Source of the DNA: Acidimicrobiales bacterium
Lineage (GTDB): Bacteria > Actinomycetota > Acidimicrobiia > Acidimicrobiales > Bin134
Length of the DNA stretch: 64,000 nucleotides
Direction of reading: 5' to 3'
NCBI GenBank assembly: GCA_965208805.1
Contig: OZ242355.1
Location: 1,480,982-1,544,981 of the forward strand
Part shown: positions 36,382 through 44,434 of the stretch, piece after piece
Position numbering within the stretch: position 1 is the stretch's first letter
Layout: each line of letters starts with the position of its first letter
Program-made: the position numbers and the translations under genes
The notes under the pieces: generated by a model
What the model saw: the letters and a program-made list of their open reading frames with translations, nothing else
Database searches by the model: none
Told to the model about the DNA's origin: nothing

Positions 36382-37910
36382 TGGATTTCGAGCAGACCAA
36401 GGTGTCGCTGGCCCAGTTCCGGCGGCGGCTGGAAATCTTCTCGCTGCGTTGGCAGGCTCGTCTCGACACCAGGCAATTCGACCAGGCCGTTCCGTGGATC
36501 ATCGCCGTGTTCTTGGGCGCGGCGCTCGCCGGTCTGGCCTTGACCCGGGCCTACCAACTAGACGCTGGGGCCGACCTGTCGGCCCACCTCCAGGGGCTAT
36601 GGCTCATCGGGGAGGGCTACGAGCCGCGCTCTAGCGTGGCCGGCCACAACCTGCTGTGGGAGCAGGCTGCTTTCATCCTCTACCCGGTGGCGGGGCTGAC
36701 CGCCCTGTTCCCCGACCAGCCCACGCTGCTCTGTCTGCAAGCCGCGGCCTTGGGCTTGGCAGTAGTACCACTGTGGCGGATTGCCCGCGATGTGGGCGGC
36801 CTCAAGTCGGGGGCGGCCTTTGCCGTGGTCTTCGCCTATTGCGCTTATCCGGCGGTCCACACGATCAACCTGTCCGACTTCCACCCCGAGGCACTGGCAG
36901 TGCCCGCGCTGTTCGCGGCCGTACTCGCTGCTTTGACCGGCCGGTGGAATTGGTTTGCCGTGTTCGCCTTGCTGGTGGTGACCTGCCGATCGGATTTGGC
37001 CTTTGCCCTCTCCGGGCTGGGACTGCTGGTGCTCTTGGAGGGTCGGCGCCGCCCCGGAACGTACATTTCTCTTGGGGGCCTGGCCTACGGGCTGGTGGCC
37101 ATGACCGCAATTCAGCCTCGCTTCAACGGAGGGCGATTCCCCCACATCGAGGCGTTCTCCGACTTTGGCAGTGGACACCCGGGGTCGGTTCTCTGGGGCT
37201 TCATCTCCGGCCCACATCAGGTGGTGGCCGATGCGGTTTCGCAGGTCAACTTCCAGATGATCGTCTTCCTGCTGGCCCCGGTGATGCTGCTGCCGTTGGT
37301 GGCGCCCCGCTATGTACTGCCGGTTCTGCCCCTGTTTGCGGTGTACTTGGTAGCCGATGTGCCCACCGGCCAATTGGCCGAGGCTTCTCAGACGGTGCCG
37401 ATGATTCCGTTTGTATTCGCGGCCACGGTGTTCGCCCTGGCCCGCTCCGGTCGGGTGCTGGTGGAGCGGGTGAATGTGGACCGTCGTTGGCTCACCGCCC
37501 TTGTGCTCACTGCCGGTCTGTTCTTCGTGCGCGATGCTCCCAGCTCCTTGTACGAGAGGCCGTGGAACTGGGGCCAACGCGACACGATAGACATCGCCCG
37601 GCAAGAGGCGGCCGATCTGATCCCGTCGGATGCATCGGTGCGAGCCTCGGAGCAGGTCCTTCCCCTGCTGTCGGACCGCACTCGGCTGTATCAACTCCAC
37701 ACCGGAGAAGACCCTTCCAGCGCTGCGGTGGCCGCCACTCCCAAAGTGGAGTGGATTGTGTTCGACCCCGCATCCGCTCCCGGCTGGACCCCCCTCGACA
37801 TCGAGGGCTTCGACTTGGACGTGCGACGAACCGGTTTTGAACGGCTCGAGCTGGAAGAGGGAGGGCGCACCCTGTGGGTCTACCGACTCCGCAACGTGAT
37901 CCAGAGCTAA
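36381..37910 (+). CDS. polytopic membrane protein, DUF2079-like
   Basis: GTG 36381 overlaps the upstream TAG by 1 nt. About 12 hydrophobic segments and an INLSDFHPEALAVPALF motif. The first 124 codons of the track ORF overlap the deacylase gene and are Arg/Pro-rich. Confidence 0.6.
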   Translation: MDFEQTKVSLAQFRRRLEIFSLRWQARLDTRQFDQAVPWIIAVFLGAALAGLALTRAYQLDAGADLSAHLQGLWLIGEGYEPRSSVAGHNLLWEQAAFILYPVAGLTALFPDQPTLLCLQAAALGLAVVPLWRIARDVGGLKSGAAFAVVFAYCAYPAVHTINLSDFHPEALAVPALFAAVLAALTGRWNWFAVFALLVVTCRSDLAFALSGLGLLVLLEGRRRPGTYISLGGLAYGLVAMTAIQPRFNGGRFPHIEAFSDFGSGHPGSVLWGFISGPHQVVADAVSQVNFQMIVFLLAPVMLLPLVAPRYVLPVLPLFAVYLVADVPTGQLAEASQTVPMIPFVFAATVFALARSGRVLVERVNVDRRWLTALVLTAGLFFVRDAPSSLYERPWNWGQRDTIDIARQEAADLIPSDASVRASEQVLPLLSDRTRLYQLHTGEDPSSAAVAATPKVEWIVFDPASAPGWTPLDIEGFDLDVRRTGFERLELEEGGRTLWVYRLRNVIQS

Positions 37911-38305
37911 GCGGGGAGGTGCGAGCGCAGGGTCTCAGCGGTATGGGCCAGCTCCTCGGGGGGGACTGAGGCCTTGGCGTTGGCGAAGTTCAAGTCGCTC
38001 ATGCCGGACATGGGGATCACATGCAAATGGGTGTGGGGAACCTCGAGGCCCGCGATTATGAGGCCCACACGGGACGGCTCGAATGCGGCCATCTGAGCGG
38101 TGCCCACCGTATGGGCCACCACCATGAGATGGGCGGCCAGTTCCGGCGGGACGTCCAGCCAATGGTCGATCTCGGCCCGGGGTACGACCAGCGTATGCCC
38201 AGCCTGGATGGGGTTGATGGACAGGATGGCCACGCAGTCATCGTCTTCCCACACAAAGTTTCCGGGGAGTTCTCCGTTCATGATCATGGTGAAAACGCTG
38301 GCCAT
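37907..38305 (-). CDS. HIT family protein
   Basis: Start MASVFTMIMNGELPG at 38305. Histidine triad HTHLHVIP. Confidence 0.85.
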   Translation of the reverse strand: MASVFTMIMNGELPGNFVWEDDDCVAILSINPIQAGHTLVVPRAEIDHWLDVPPELAAHLMVVAHTVGTAQMAAFEPSRVGLIIAGLEVPHTHLHVIPMSGMSDLNFANAKASVPPEELAHTAETLRSHLPA

Positions 38306-38381
38306 CTGCCCATTGTAAGTCCGGGCCACCCCCCGGCCTGCCTCTGTTGTCGGCCTCCTCCAAGTCGTAGCATGGACATTT

Positions 38382-38972
38382 GTGCGTTTTGGAAATGCTG
38401 AGTGGCGGGTTTGGACGGTTCCCAATGTCATCTCGGTGCTTCGGCTGGGGTGTGTGCCGGTGTTCTGCGTGTTGTTGCTGGGCATGGGGAATCGGGCCGG
38501 GGCCGCCATCCTGCTCGGCGTTCTGGGGGCCACCGACTGGGTAGACGGCTATATTGCCCGGCGGTTCAACCAGGTCTCGGAGCTGGGGAAGATCCTGGAC
38601 CCAACCGCCGACCGGCTGATGTTTCTGGCTGCGGTGGTGGCGATGATGGTGGACGGCTCTCTCCATGCGGCATTCGGGGTGACCATGCTGGTCAGAGAGG
38701 CGGTGGTGTCGCTGGCCACAGTGGTGCTGGGCGCAATGGGGGCTCGCCGGATTGACGTGACCTGGACCGGCAAAACAGCCACGTTCGGGCTCATGTTCGC
38801 CCTGCCGTTCCTGCTGCTGGGAGATTCGAGCGTGGGTGGGGGAGCAGCCCTGCGGGGTGTCGGGTGGGGATTGGGCATTCCGTCGTTGGCGCTCAGCTAC
38901 TACGCGGCTATTGAATACATACCTCGTGCTCGCCGGGCTCTTGCCGAAGGGAGAGCCGGAGCCTCAAGCTGA
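38382..38972 (+). CDS. pgsA: CDP-alcohol phosphatidyltransferase (PgsA-like)
   Basis: DWVDGYIARRFNQVSELGKILDPTADR matches the DG(x)2AR...G(x)3D(x)3D signature. Multiple TM segments. Confidence 0.85.
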   Translation: MRFGNAEWRVWTVPNVISVLRLGCVPVFCVLLLGMGNRAGAAILLGVLGATDWVDGYIARRFNQVSELGKILDPTADRLMFLAAVVAMMVDGSLHAAFGVTMLVREAVVSLATVVLGAMGARRIDVTWTGKTATFGLMFALPFLLLGDSSVGGGAALRGVGWGLGIPSLALSYYAAIEYIPRARRALAEGRAGASS

Positions 38973-39010
38973 GGTTGAGAGTTTGGGCGAGAGCCGGTAC
39001 GGTGTCTCCA

Positions 39011-39397
39011 ATGAACGTACCGGTTGAACTGCGCTACTCCGAAGATCACGAATGGACGAGGACAGAAGGCAACCGGGTCTGTCTGGGCATCACCGACTAC
39101 GCCCAGGACGCCCTTGGCGATGTGGTCTATATCGACCTCCCCCCGGTGGGAACGGAGGTGGCTAGTGGCGAGCCGTTCAGCGAGGTCGAGTCCACCAAAT
39201 CGGTCTCAGAGATCTATTCGCCGATCACCGGCACCGTGGTCGAGGTGAACACCGACCTGATCGACCACCCCGAGCGGCTGAATGAAGACCCCTACGGCGA
39301 AGGGTGGATCTGCATCATCGAAGCCTCCGACCCGTCAGAGCTGGACAATCTCCTGGATGCGGCGGCTTACACCGATCTGACCGAGAGCATCGATTGA
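39011..39397 (+). CDS. gcvH: glycine cleavage system H protein
   Basis: YSEDHEWTR..., lipoyl-lysine motif EVESTKSVSEIYSP. Confidence 0.9.
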   Translation: MNVPVELRYSEDHEWTRTEGNRVCLGITDYAQDALGDVVYIDLPPVGTEVASGEPFSEVESTKSVSEIYSPITGTVVEVNTDLIDHPERLNEDPYGEGWICIIEASDPSELDNLLDAAAYTDLTESID

Positions 39398-39882
39398 CCT
39401 CCTGGCCCGATGACGGAGAGGCCCAAGGGGTCATCTGCCCGCAATGCGGTCATGTCAGCGGGATTGACGACAACTTCTGCGCCTCGTGCGGGTATCGCCT
39501 CAAACCACTTGGCGACTCCGAAGGAGTTGGCTCCGTGGACGAGCCGACCACTGAGTTGGATATCGAGGCCGGTCTGGTCCGGCAGCTGGCGGTGTTGGTG
39601 GTCACCCAGGGGCCGGCCGCGGGCAGTCGATTCGAGCTGGCCCAGCCTCGGGTGGTGGTGGGCCGCCATCCCGACTCCGACATTTTCTTGGACGACATCA
39701 CCGTCTCCCGGCGCCATGCCGAGGTTTATCGGGATGGCTTGGTGCAGCACGTCAAAGACATGGGCTCGCTGAACGGAACCTATCTGAATAGCCGTAGGGT
39801 GGAGGATGCCGGATTGAAGAACGGCGACGAGCTTCAAGTAGGGCGATTCAAGCTGGTGTTCTACGACGGGACCGGCGGATGA
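39394..39882 (+). CDS. FHA-domain protein with N-terminal zinc ribbon (GarA/OdhI-like position)
   Basis: The only in-frame start after gcvH is TTG 39394 (TTGA overlap). CPQCG...CASCG, then FHA core VGRHPDSDIFLDDITVSRRHAEV...SLNGTYLN. Confidence 0.8.
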   Translation: MTSWPDDGEAQGVICPQCGHVSGIDDNFCASCGYRLKPLGDSEGVGSVDEPTTELDIEAGLVRQLAVLVVTQGPAAGSRFELAQPRVVVGRHPDSDIFLDDITVSRRHAEVYRDGLVQHVKDMGSLNGTYLNSRRVEDAGLKNGDELQVGRFKLVFYDGTGG

Positions 39883-40598
39883 GCACCCAGTATTGGTCTA
39901 TCGGGCAGGTGCTGGATCTGCTGAAAGAGGAGTTCTCCGATATCAGCATCTCCAAGATCCGTTTTCTGGAGAGCCAGGGTCTCATCGATCCCGAGCGAAA
40001 CCAATCTGGGTACCGGAAGTTCACCGACATCGACATCAGCCGGCTGCGCTGGATTCTTGAGCAGCAGCGGGATCACTTCCTGCCCCTCAAGGTCATCAAA
40101 GAGCGCATCGACCACCAAGACTTCGGCGGGTGCGAAGGAGGCAGCGAATCCAACAGCGACGGGGCCAGCTCCCGAGGGGCGCGCCGGCCCAACCCGCTGG
40201 ATCCGGGATCGGTGTCTGTGTCTCTGACCCTGGACGAGCTGGCCTCAGCGAGCGGGCTGAGCCAATCCAAGGTCATGGAGCTTCAGAAGTTTGGCCTCAT
40301 CGAGCCCCTTGACGACGGTGCGCTGCGGCACTATGGCAGCGAAGCAGTGATTGTGGCCAAAGTGGCAGCCGGCTTCTTGGCCCATGGGGTGGAGCCTCGC
40401 CACCTGCGGGCATACAAGTCGGCGGCAGAGCGAGAGGCGGGACTGATGGAGCAGCGGATTATGCCCATGGTGATGCAGCGCACGGCCCAGTCCCGCAAGC
40501 AATCCCAGGACACGCTGGTAGAGCTGATCAATCTCGGTTCGGAGTTGCGGCTTTCGCTGCTCCGATGCGCCTTGGCCGGCCACACTCGGAATCGTTAG
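39879..40598 (+). CDS. MerR-family transcriptional regulator
   Basis: WSIGQVLDLLKEEF...ISKIRFLESQGLIDPERNQSGYRKF HTH motif. ATGA overlap with the FHA gene. Same position as the MerR gene after garA in mycobacteria. Confidence 0.8.
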   Translation: MSTQYWSIGQVLDLLKEEFSDISISKIRFLESQGLIDPERNQSGYRKFTDIDISRLRWILEQQRDHFLPLKVIKERIDHQDFGGCEGGSESNSDGASSRGARRPNPLDPGSVSVSLTLDELASASGLSQSKVMELQKFGLIEPLDDGALRHYGSEAVIVAKVAAGFLAHGVEPRHLRAYKSAAEREAGLMEQRIMPMVMQRTAQSRKQSQDTLVELINLGSELRLSLLRCALAGHTRNR

Positions 40599-40602
40599 CA
40601 GC

Positions 40603-41160
40603 GTGGGCCGTAAGGCGCCCGTGCTGTTCGCAAGCCCGGAGGCCATAGAGCAGGCCGTCGGACGGGTGGCTTCGGAGATCTCCCAGCAGTACTCCGATGG
40701 GGTTGTGCTGGTGTCGGTACTGAAGGGAAGCCTGCCGTTTCTGGCCGATCTGGTCCGAGCGGTGGACATAACAGTGGAGGTGGACTTCTTGGCGTTGTCC
40801 CGGTTCGCCGCTGATTCCGGACGGGTCCGATTGGTCAAGGATTTGGACTGCGACGTGACCGGGCGCCAAGTCGTGCTGGTGGAGGACATCGTGGATACCG
40901 GGCTGAGCCTCGCGTACCTGATGGGAGAATTGCACCGGCGGTCGGCGGCATCGGTGGCGGTAGCTGCGCTGCTCAACCGAAGTGCCCGCCGCATCTTGCC
41001 GCTCGAGCCCGACCACGTCGGTTTCGAGGCGCCGGACGAATTCTTTTTGGGCTACGGCCTGGACTGGGCCGGCCGCTACCGCAATCTCGACCGATTGGTG
41101 ATCGGAGATCCCGACTTGCTGGCCGACGATCCTGATGCCTATGTCACTGCGCTCTACTGA
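40603..41160 (+). CDS. hpt: hypoxanthine phosphoribosyltransferase
   Basis: 185 aa. PRPP motif VVLVEDIVDTGLSLAYL and FLGYGLDWAGRYRNL. Confidence 0.85.
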   Translation: MGRKAPVLFASPEAIEQAVGRVASEISQQYSDGVVLVSVLKGSLPFLADLVRAVDITVEVDFLALSRFAADSGRVRLVKDLDCDVTGRQVVLVEDIVDTGLSLAYLMGELHRRSAASVAVAALLNRSARRILPLEPDHVGFEAPDEFFLGYGLDWAGRYRNLDRLVIGDPDLLADDPDAYVTALY

Positions 41161-41238
41161 GAATCCCGAAGCTTGGGTCCAGAAACCCTTGCGACGATCC
41201 CGACGCTTACGTCTCTATGCTCTACTAACGTGGGTGCG

Positions 41239-41739
41239 ATGAAGGAAATGGAGCTGATCGGGGTGCGGATCGAACTTCCGTCCAACGCCCCCATCGTGCT
41301 GCTGCGGGAGACCGACGGTGAGGGTCGGCTCCTGCCCATTTTCATCGGAGCGGCAGAGGCTCAAGCCATCGCATTGGCCATGGAGGAGGTGGAGACGCCC
41401 CGCCCCATGACCCATGATCTGTTCAAGAACGTGCTGGACGACTTGGGCGTGCAACTCGACCGCATTGTGGTGACCGAGTTGCGGGATCGGACCTTTTACG
41501 CCGAGTTGGAGTTGAAGGGGGGCAACGGCGCCCGTCGCATCTCCAGTCGTCCCTCAGATGCGGTGGCTCTGGCGATTCGCGCGGGGGCGCCGATCTTCGC
41601 CGATGAGTCGGTACTGGATGCCGCCGGGCATGCGGTGGAACCTGGCGAGCCCGAAGGCGATGAGCCTCCCACTGAAGAAGTTCTGGACCAATTTCGGGAG
41701 TTTTTGGATCAAGTCACCCCGGAAGACTTCAACGGCTGA
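41239..41739 (+). CDS. bifunctional nuclease family protein (DUF151)
   Basis: MKEMELIGVRIELPSNAPIVLLRE...LPIFIGAAEAQAIALA...THDLF is typical of DUF151. Confidence 0.8.
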   Translation: MKEMELIGVRIELPSNAPIVLLRETDGEGRLLPIFIGAAEAQAIALAMEEVETPRPMTHDLFKNVLDDLGVQLDRIVVTELRDRTFYAELELKGGNGARRISSRPSDAVALAIRAGAPIFADESVLDAAGHAVEPGEPEGDEPPTEEVLDQFREFLDQVTPEDFNG

Positions 41740-41764
41740 CTTCTTTTTCCGGCCAGATCGCTCC

Positions 41765-41798
41765 TTGACAATCCACAGGGAGAGGTTTACCCTGTGGA
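41765..41798 (+). promoter_or_regulatory. candidate promoter with an embedded 9-bp inverted repeat (operator) upstream of the second MerR gene
   Basis: TTGACA (41765-41770), 17-nt spacer, TACCCT (41788-41793, TAnnnT). The dyad TCCACAGGG-N9-CCCTGTGGA (41772-41780 / 41790-41798) fills the spacer and the -10. Confidence 0.4.
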
Positions 41799-41867
41799 AA
41801 TCCATTGGCGTAGTTTCCCCGATGTAAGCAGCAACATCTGGGGCGCGCCCCAGCACCGGAGAGTCAA

Positions 41868-42365
41868 ATGAGCGATCGCGCACAGATAGCCAAAGACTTC
41901 AGTTCTCCTCAGACCATCGAGATTGTCGGCATCACCTACCGCCAGCTGGACTACTGGACCCGGACTGGCTTGGTTGTTTCCACTGCTCAGGAGGCGGAGG
42001 GAAGCGGCAGCCGCCGCCGGTACTCCTACAACGATTTGCTGGAGTTAAAGCTGATCAAGCGTCTGTTGGATGAGGGAATCGCTCTCCAGCGGGTGCGCGA
42101 GGTGTTCGACTACCTGCGCGACGAACTCGGCGAAGAGGTGGCCAGCGCCGATTTGGTGATCAACGGCAACAAGTCGCTGCTGGTTCGCACCGATGAGCAG
42201 ATTCTGGATGCGCTGCGCCAGGGCCAAGGCGCGCTCTACCTCCGCATGGAGGGTTTGATCGAAGAGGTGGATGCCGCGGTTAGGGAGTTGCCCATCGAGG
42301 AGGCTCTGCCTGTGGATACATCTGAGCCGCAATCCGGGATCGGTGCCGCCCGAACTGGGTCCTAG
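41868..42365 (+). CDS. MerR-family transcriptional regulator
   Basis: ITYRQLDYWTRTGLV...RRRYSYNDLLELKLIKRLL HTH pattern. Confidence 0.8.
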   Translation: MSDRAQIAKDFSSPQTIEIVGITYRQLDYWTRTGLVVSTAQEAEGSGSRRRYSYNDLLELKLIKRLLDEGIALQRVREVFDYLRDELGEEVASADLVINGNKSLLVRTDEQILDALRQGQGALYLRMEGLIEEVDAAVRELPIEEALPVDTSEPQSGIGAARTGS

Positions 42366-42382
42366 AGGAGGCCGGCAAGCGC

Positions 42383-42748
42383 GTGTTCGCCCATGATTCG
42401 GAGCGACAGTTCGCTGAATTGCTCGATTTCTACGGCATCGAGTGGCGCTACGAGCCCGACACATTTGTGCTCTCCCGCAATGAGACTGGCGAAGTCACCG
42501 AGGCGTTCAGCCCAGACTTCTATTTGCCTCAGTTTGATCGCTACGTGGAGATCACTACAGCACGCCAGAAGTACATCACCCGCAAGAACGGCAAAGTCCG
42601 CCGCTTGCGGGAGTGCTTTCCCGACATCGACATCGTCGTGCTCTGCCAGCGGGACTATCGCAACCTTCTGAGCAAATACGGCTTTGACGACGCCTCCGGG
42701 CTGGACGGCGACCTGACCCACACTGGGGCAGGGGCCGAATCTCACTAG
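42383..42748 (+). CDS. hypothetical protein with a PD-(D/E)xK-like motif
   Basis: 121 aa with a GTG start. ...FSPDFYLPQFDRYVEITTARQKY... resembles a PD...(D/E)xK nuclease-fold core. Weak, motif-level only. Confidence 0.5.
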   Translation: MFAHDSERQFAELLDFYGIEWRYEPDTFVLSRNETGEVTEAFSPDFYLPQFDRYVEITTARQKYITRKNGKVRRLRECFPDIDIVVLCQRDYRNLLSKYGFDDASGLDGDLTHTGAGAESH

Positions 42749-42764
42749 CCGAACGAGGCCAGAC

Positions 42765-43826
42765 GTGCGTTCTTCTCCGCTGGAGGCTTCCCACCGGGCG
42801 CTGGGGGCCAAGATGGTTCCCTTTGGCGGCTGGGAAATGCCGCTGTCCTATCCGTCGGGCACGCTGGCTGAGCATCGAGCATGTCGAACCGAAGCAGTGA
42901 TTTTCGACGTGAGCCATTTGGGAACCCTTCGGGTATCCGGCACCGACGCCTACGAGCGGCTTCAGCAGGCCTTTACCAATGATCTGGCTCGAATAGGTCC
43001 TGGTCGCACCCAGTACACCCACTTGCTCGACGCCGACGGCTCGGTGTTGGACGACATCATCGTGTGGTGGACCGATGACCAGAGCTTCGACGTGATGCCC
43101 AACGCATCCAACACCGACCGGGTGCGCGACGCGCTGAGCACCTCGGGTGACGATGATGGTTTCCAGGCTGTCGATGTGACCGGAAGCCGAGCAGTGTTGG
43201 CGGTGCAGGGTCCCGAGGCCCGCAACCGGTTAGGCGCGGTGTCGCCGGGGGCGTCAGAGGTGGCCCGCAACTGCGTTGGCTCGGTGGAGTGGGAGGGCGT
43301 TTCGCTGACCGTGGCCGGCACCGGCTACACCGGAGAAGACGGCGTGGAGATCGCCGTGCCTGCGGCGGCGGCTGAGCGGCTCTGGGATGCGGTGACCGCC
43401 GTGGGGATCACCCCCGCTGGGCTGGGGGCCCGCGACACGCTGCGCTTGGAAGCAGGTTTGCCGCTGCACGGACATGAGCTCGGCCCCGGCATCACCCCGC
43501 TGCAAGCCGGGTTGGGCTGGGTGGTGCGGTGGGATAAGACATCGTTTCAGGGCCGTGAGGCACTGGCCGTCGAAAGGGAGAAGGGCGTTCACCGACGGCT
43601 GCGGGGGCTGCGAGTCGAGGGCCGACGCCCGCCCCGGGAGGGCCAAGCGGTGCTTCGGGATGGCGAAGTTGTTGGGGAGGTCACGTCGGGCAACTTCTCG
43701 CCCATGTTGGAGACGGGCATCGCCTTGGCCTTTGTGCCTCCCGATGCCGATATCGGAGATGTGCTGGCTGTGGATATGCGGGGCACCCCCACACCGGCCA
43801 CGGTGGTCAAGCTGCCGTTCGTCTAG
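42765..43826 (+). CDS. gcvT: glycine cleavage system aminomethyltransferase T
   Basis: 353 aa. SPLEASHRALGAKMVPFGGWEMPLSY N-terminus and GYTGEDGVEI. Confidence 0.9.
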   Translation: MRSSPLEASHRALGAKMVPFGGWEMPLSYPSGTLAEHRACRTEAVIFDVSHLGTLRVSGTDAYERLQQAFTNDLARIGPGRTQYTHLLDADGSVLDDIIVWWTDDQSFDVMPNASNTDRVRDALSTSGDDDGFQAVDVTGSRAVLAVQGPEARNRLGAVSPGASEVARNCVGSVEWEGVSLTVAGTGYTGEDGVEIAVPAAAAERLWDAVTAVGITPAGLGARDTLRLEAGLPLHGHELGPGITPLQAGLGWVVRWDKTSFQGREALAVEREKGVHRRLRGLRVEGRRPPREGQAVLRDGEVVGEVTSGNFSPMLETGIALAFVPPDADIGDVLAVDMRGTPTPATVVKLPFV

Positions 43827-43830
43827 CGGG

Positions 43831-44421
43831 TCACAACGCGCTGACAGCCTCAAGCACCCGGCTTTGGGGGATGTCGCCCCGCCATGAAGTCAGGATCGTG
43901 CCGTTGCCGTCCAGCAGCATTCCCGAAGGCTGGCTGGAGATACCCAGCTGGCTCCATGATTCAAAAGTCGGATCCCAGAGCATGGTGAAGGTGGTTCCGG
44001 TGGATTGGACGAAGCTCTGAGCCAGTTCGAGGTTGTCTTGGGTGCCAACTCCGATGACGTTAATCGTGTCGGCGTTGTTTCGAGCGAACTGCTCGACGCC
44101 GGGGGCTTCCCGGCGGCAGGTGGGTCAATGGGGGGCCCAGAACCACAGCACAATGGGCCGGTCAGAGGGGGCGAAGCTGTCCAGGTTCACAGTGGCCCCG
44201 GTGGCCACGTCCACCAACTCGACTGAGGGCAGATCCGATGCTGGAACCGGGGCGGCGGTCTCTGTCGCCGGTTCGGGTGCAGGCGCCTGGGTTGCCGGCG
44301 CCTCGGTTGAGACCGGCGCCCCAGTGGGAGCAGTCTCGGGGCTGTCTCCGCCGTCTCCGCAGGCGGCTGCGATTAGGGCCAAGAAGATGGCAAGGGCAAG
44401 AACCCTGATCGTCGACTTCAT
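43831..44421 (-). CDS. TlpA/ResA-like thioredoxin-fold lipoprotein with an in-frame UGA at the first CxxC position (candidate selenoprotein, motif WAPH-U-PTC)
   Basis: Lipobox LALIAAAC-GDGG and a P/T/A linker, then ...DRPIVLWFWAPH [TGA 44125-44127] PTCRREAPGVEQFARNNADTINVIGVGTQDN...LLDGNGTIL... The same frame stays open for 98 more codons to TGA 43831. Alternative start at 44448. Confidence 0.6.
44097..44127 (-). other. in-frame UGA plus downstream hairpin (candidate bacterial SECIS), copy 1
   Basis: Minus-strand RNA is UGA-CCCACCUGC-[CGCCGGG AAGCC CCCGGCG]. The stem is 7 bp and the apical loop begins about 17 nt after the UGA. Confidence 0.45.
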
Positions 44422-44434
44422 GGTTGTACTCACG

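Noticed and set aside
38941-39010. Glycine riboswitch upstream of gcvH (GGGAGAG / GGCGAGAG strings) or upstream of gcvT
   Set aside because: The region overlaps the pgsA coding end and leaves only a 38-nt gap. The gcvT upstream gap is 16 nt. There is no room for a riboswitch and no match to the conserved glycine-aptamer core as I remember it.
41772-41798. The inverted repeat as a Rho-independent terminator of the DUF151 nuclease gene
   Set aside because: The loop is 9 nt and no U-tract follows (AAATCC). Its position between TTGACA and a TAnnnT hexamer fits an operator better.
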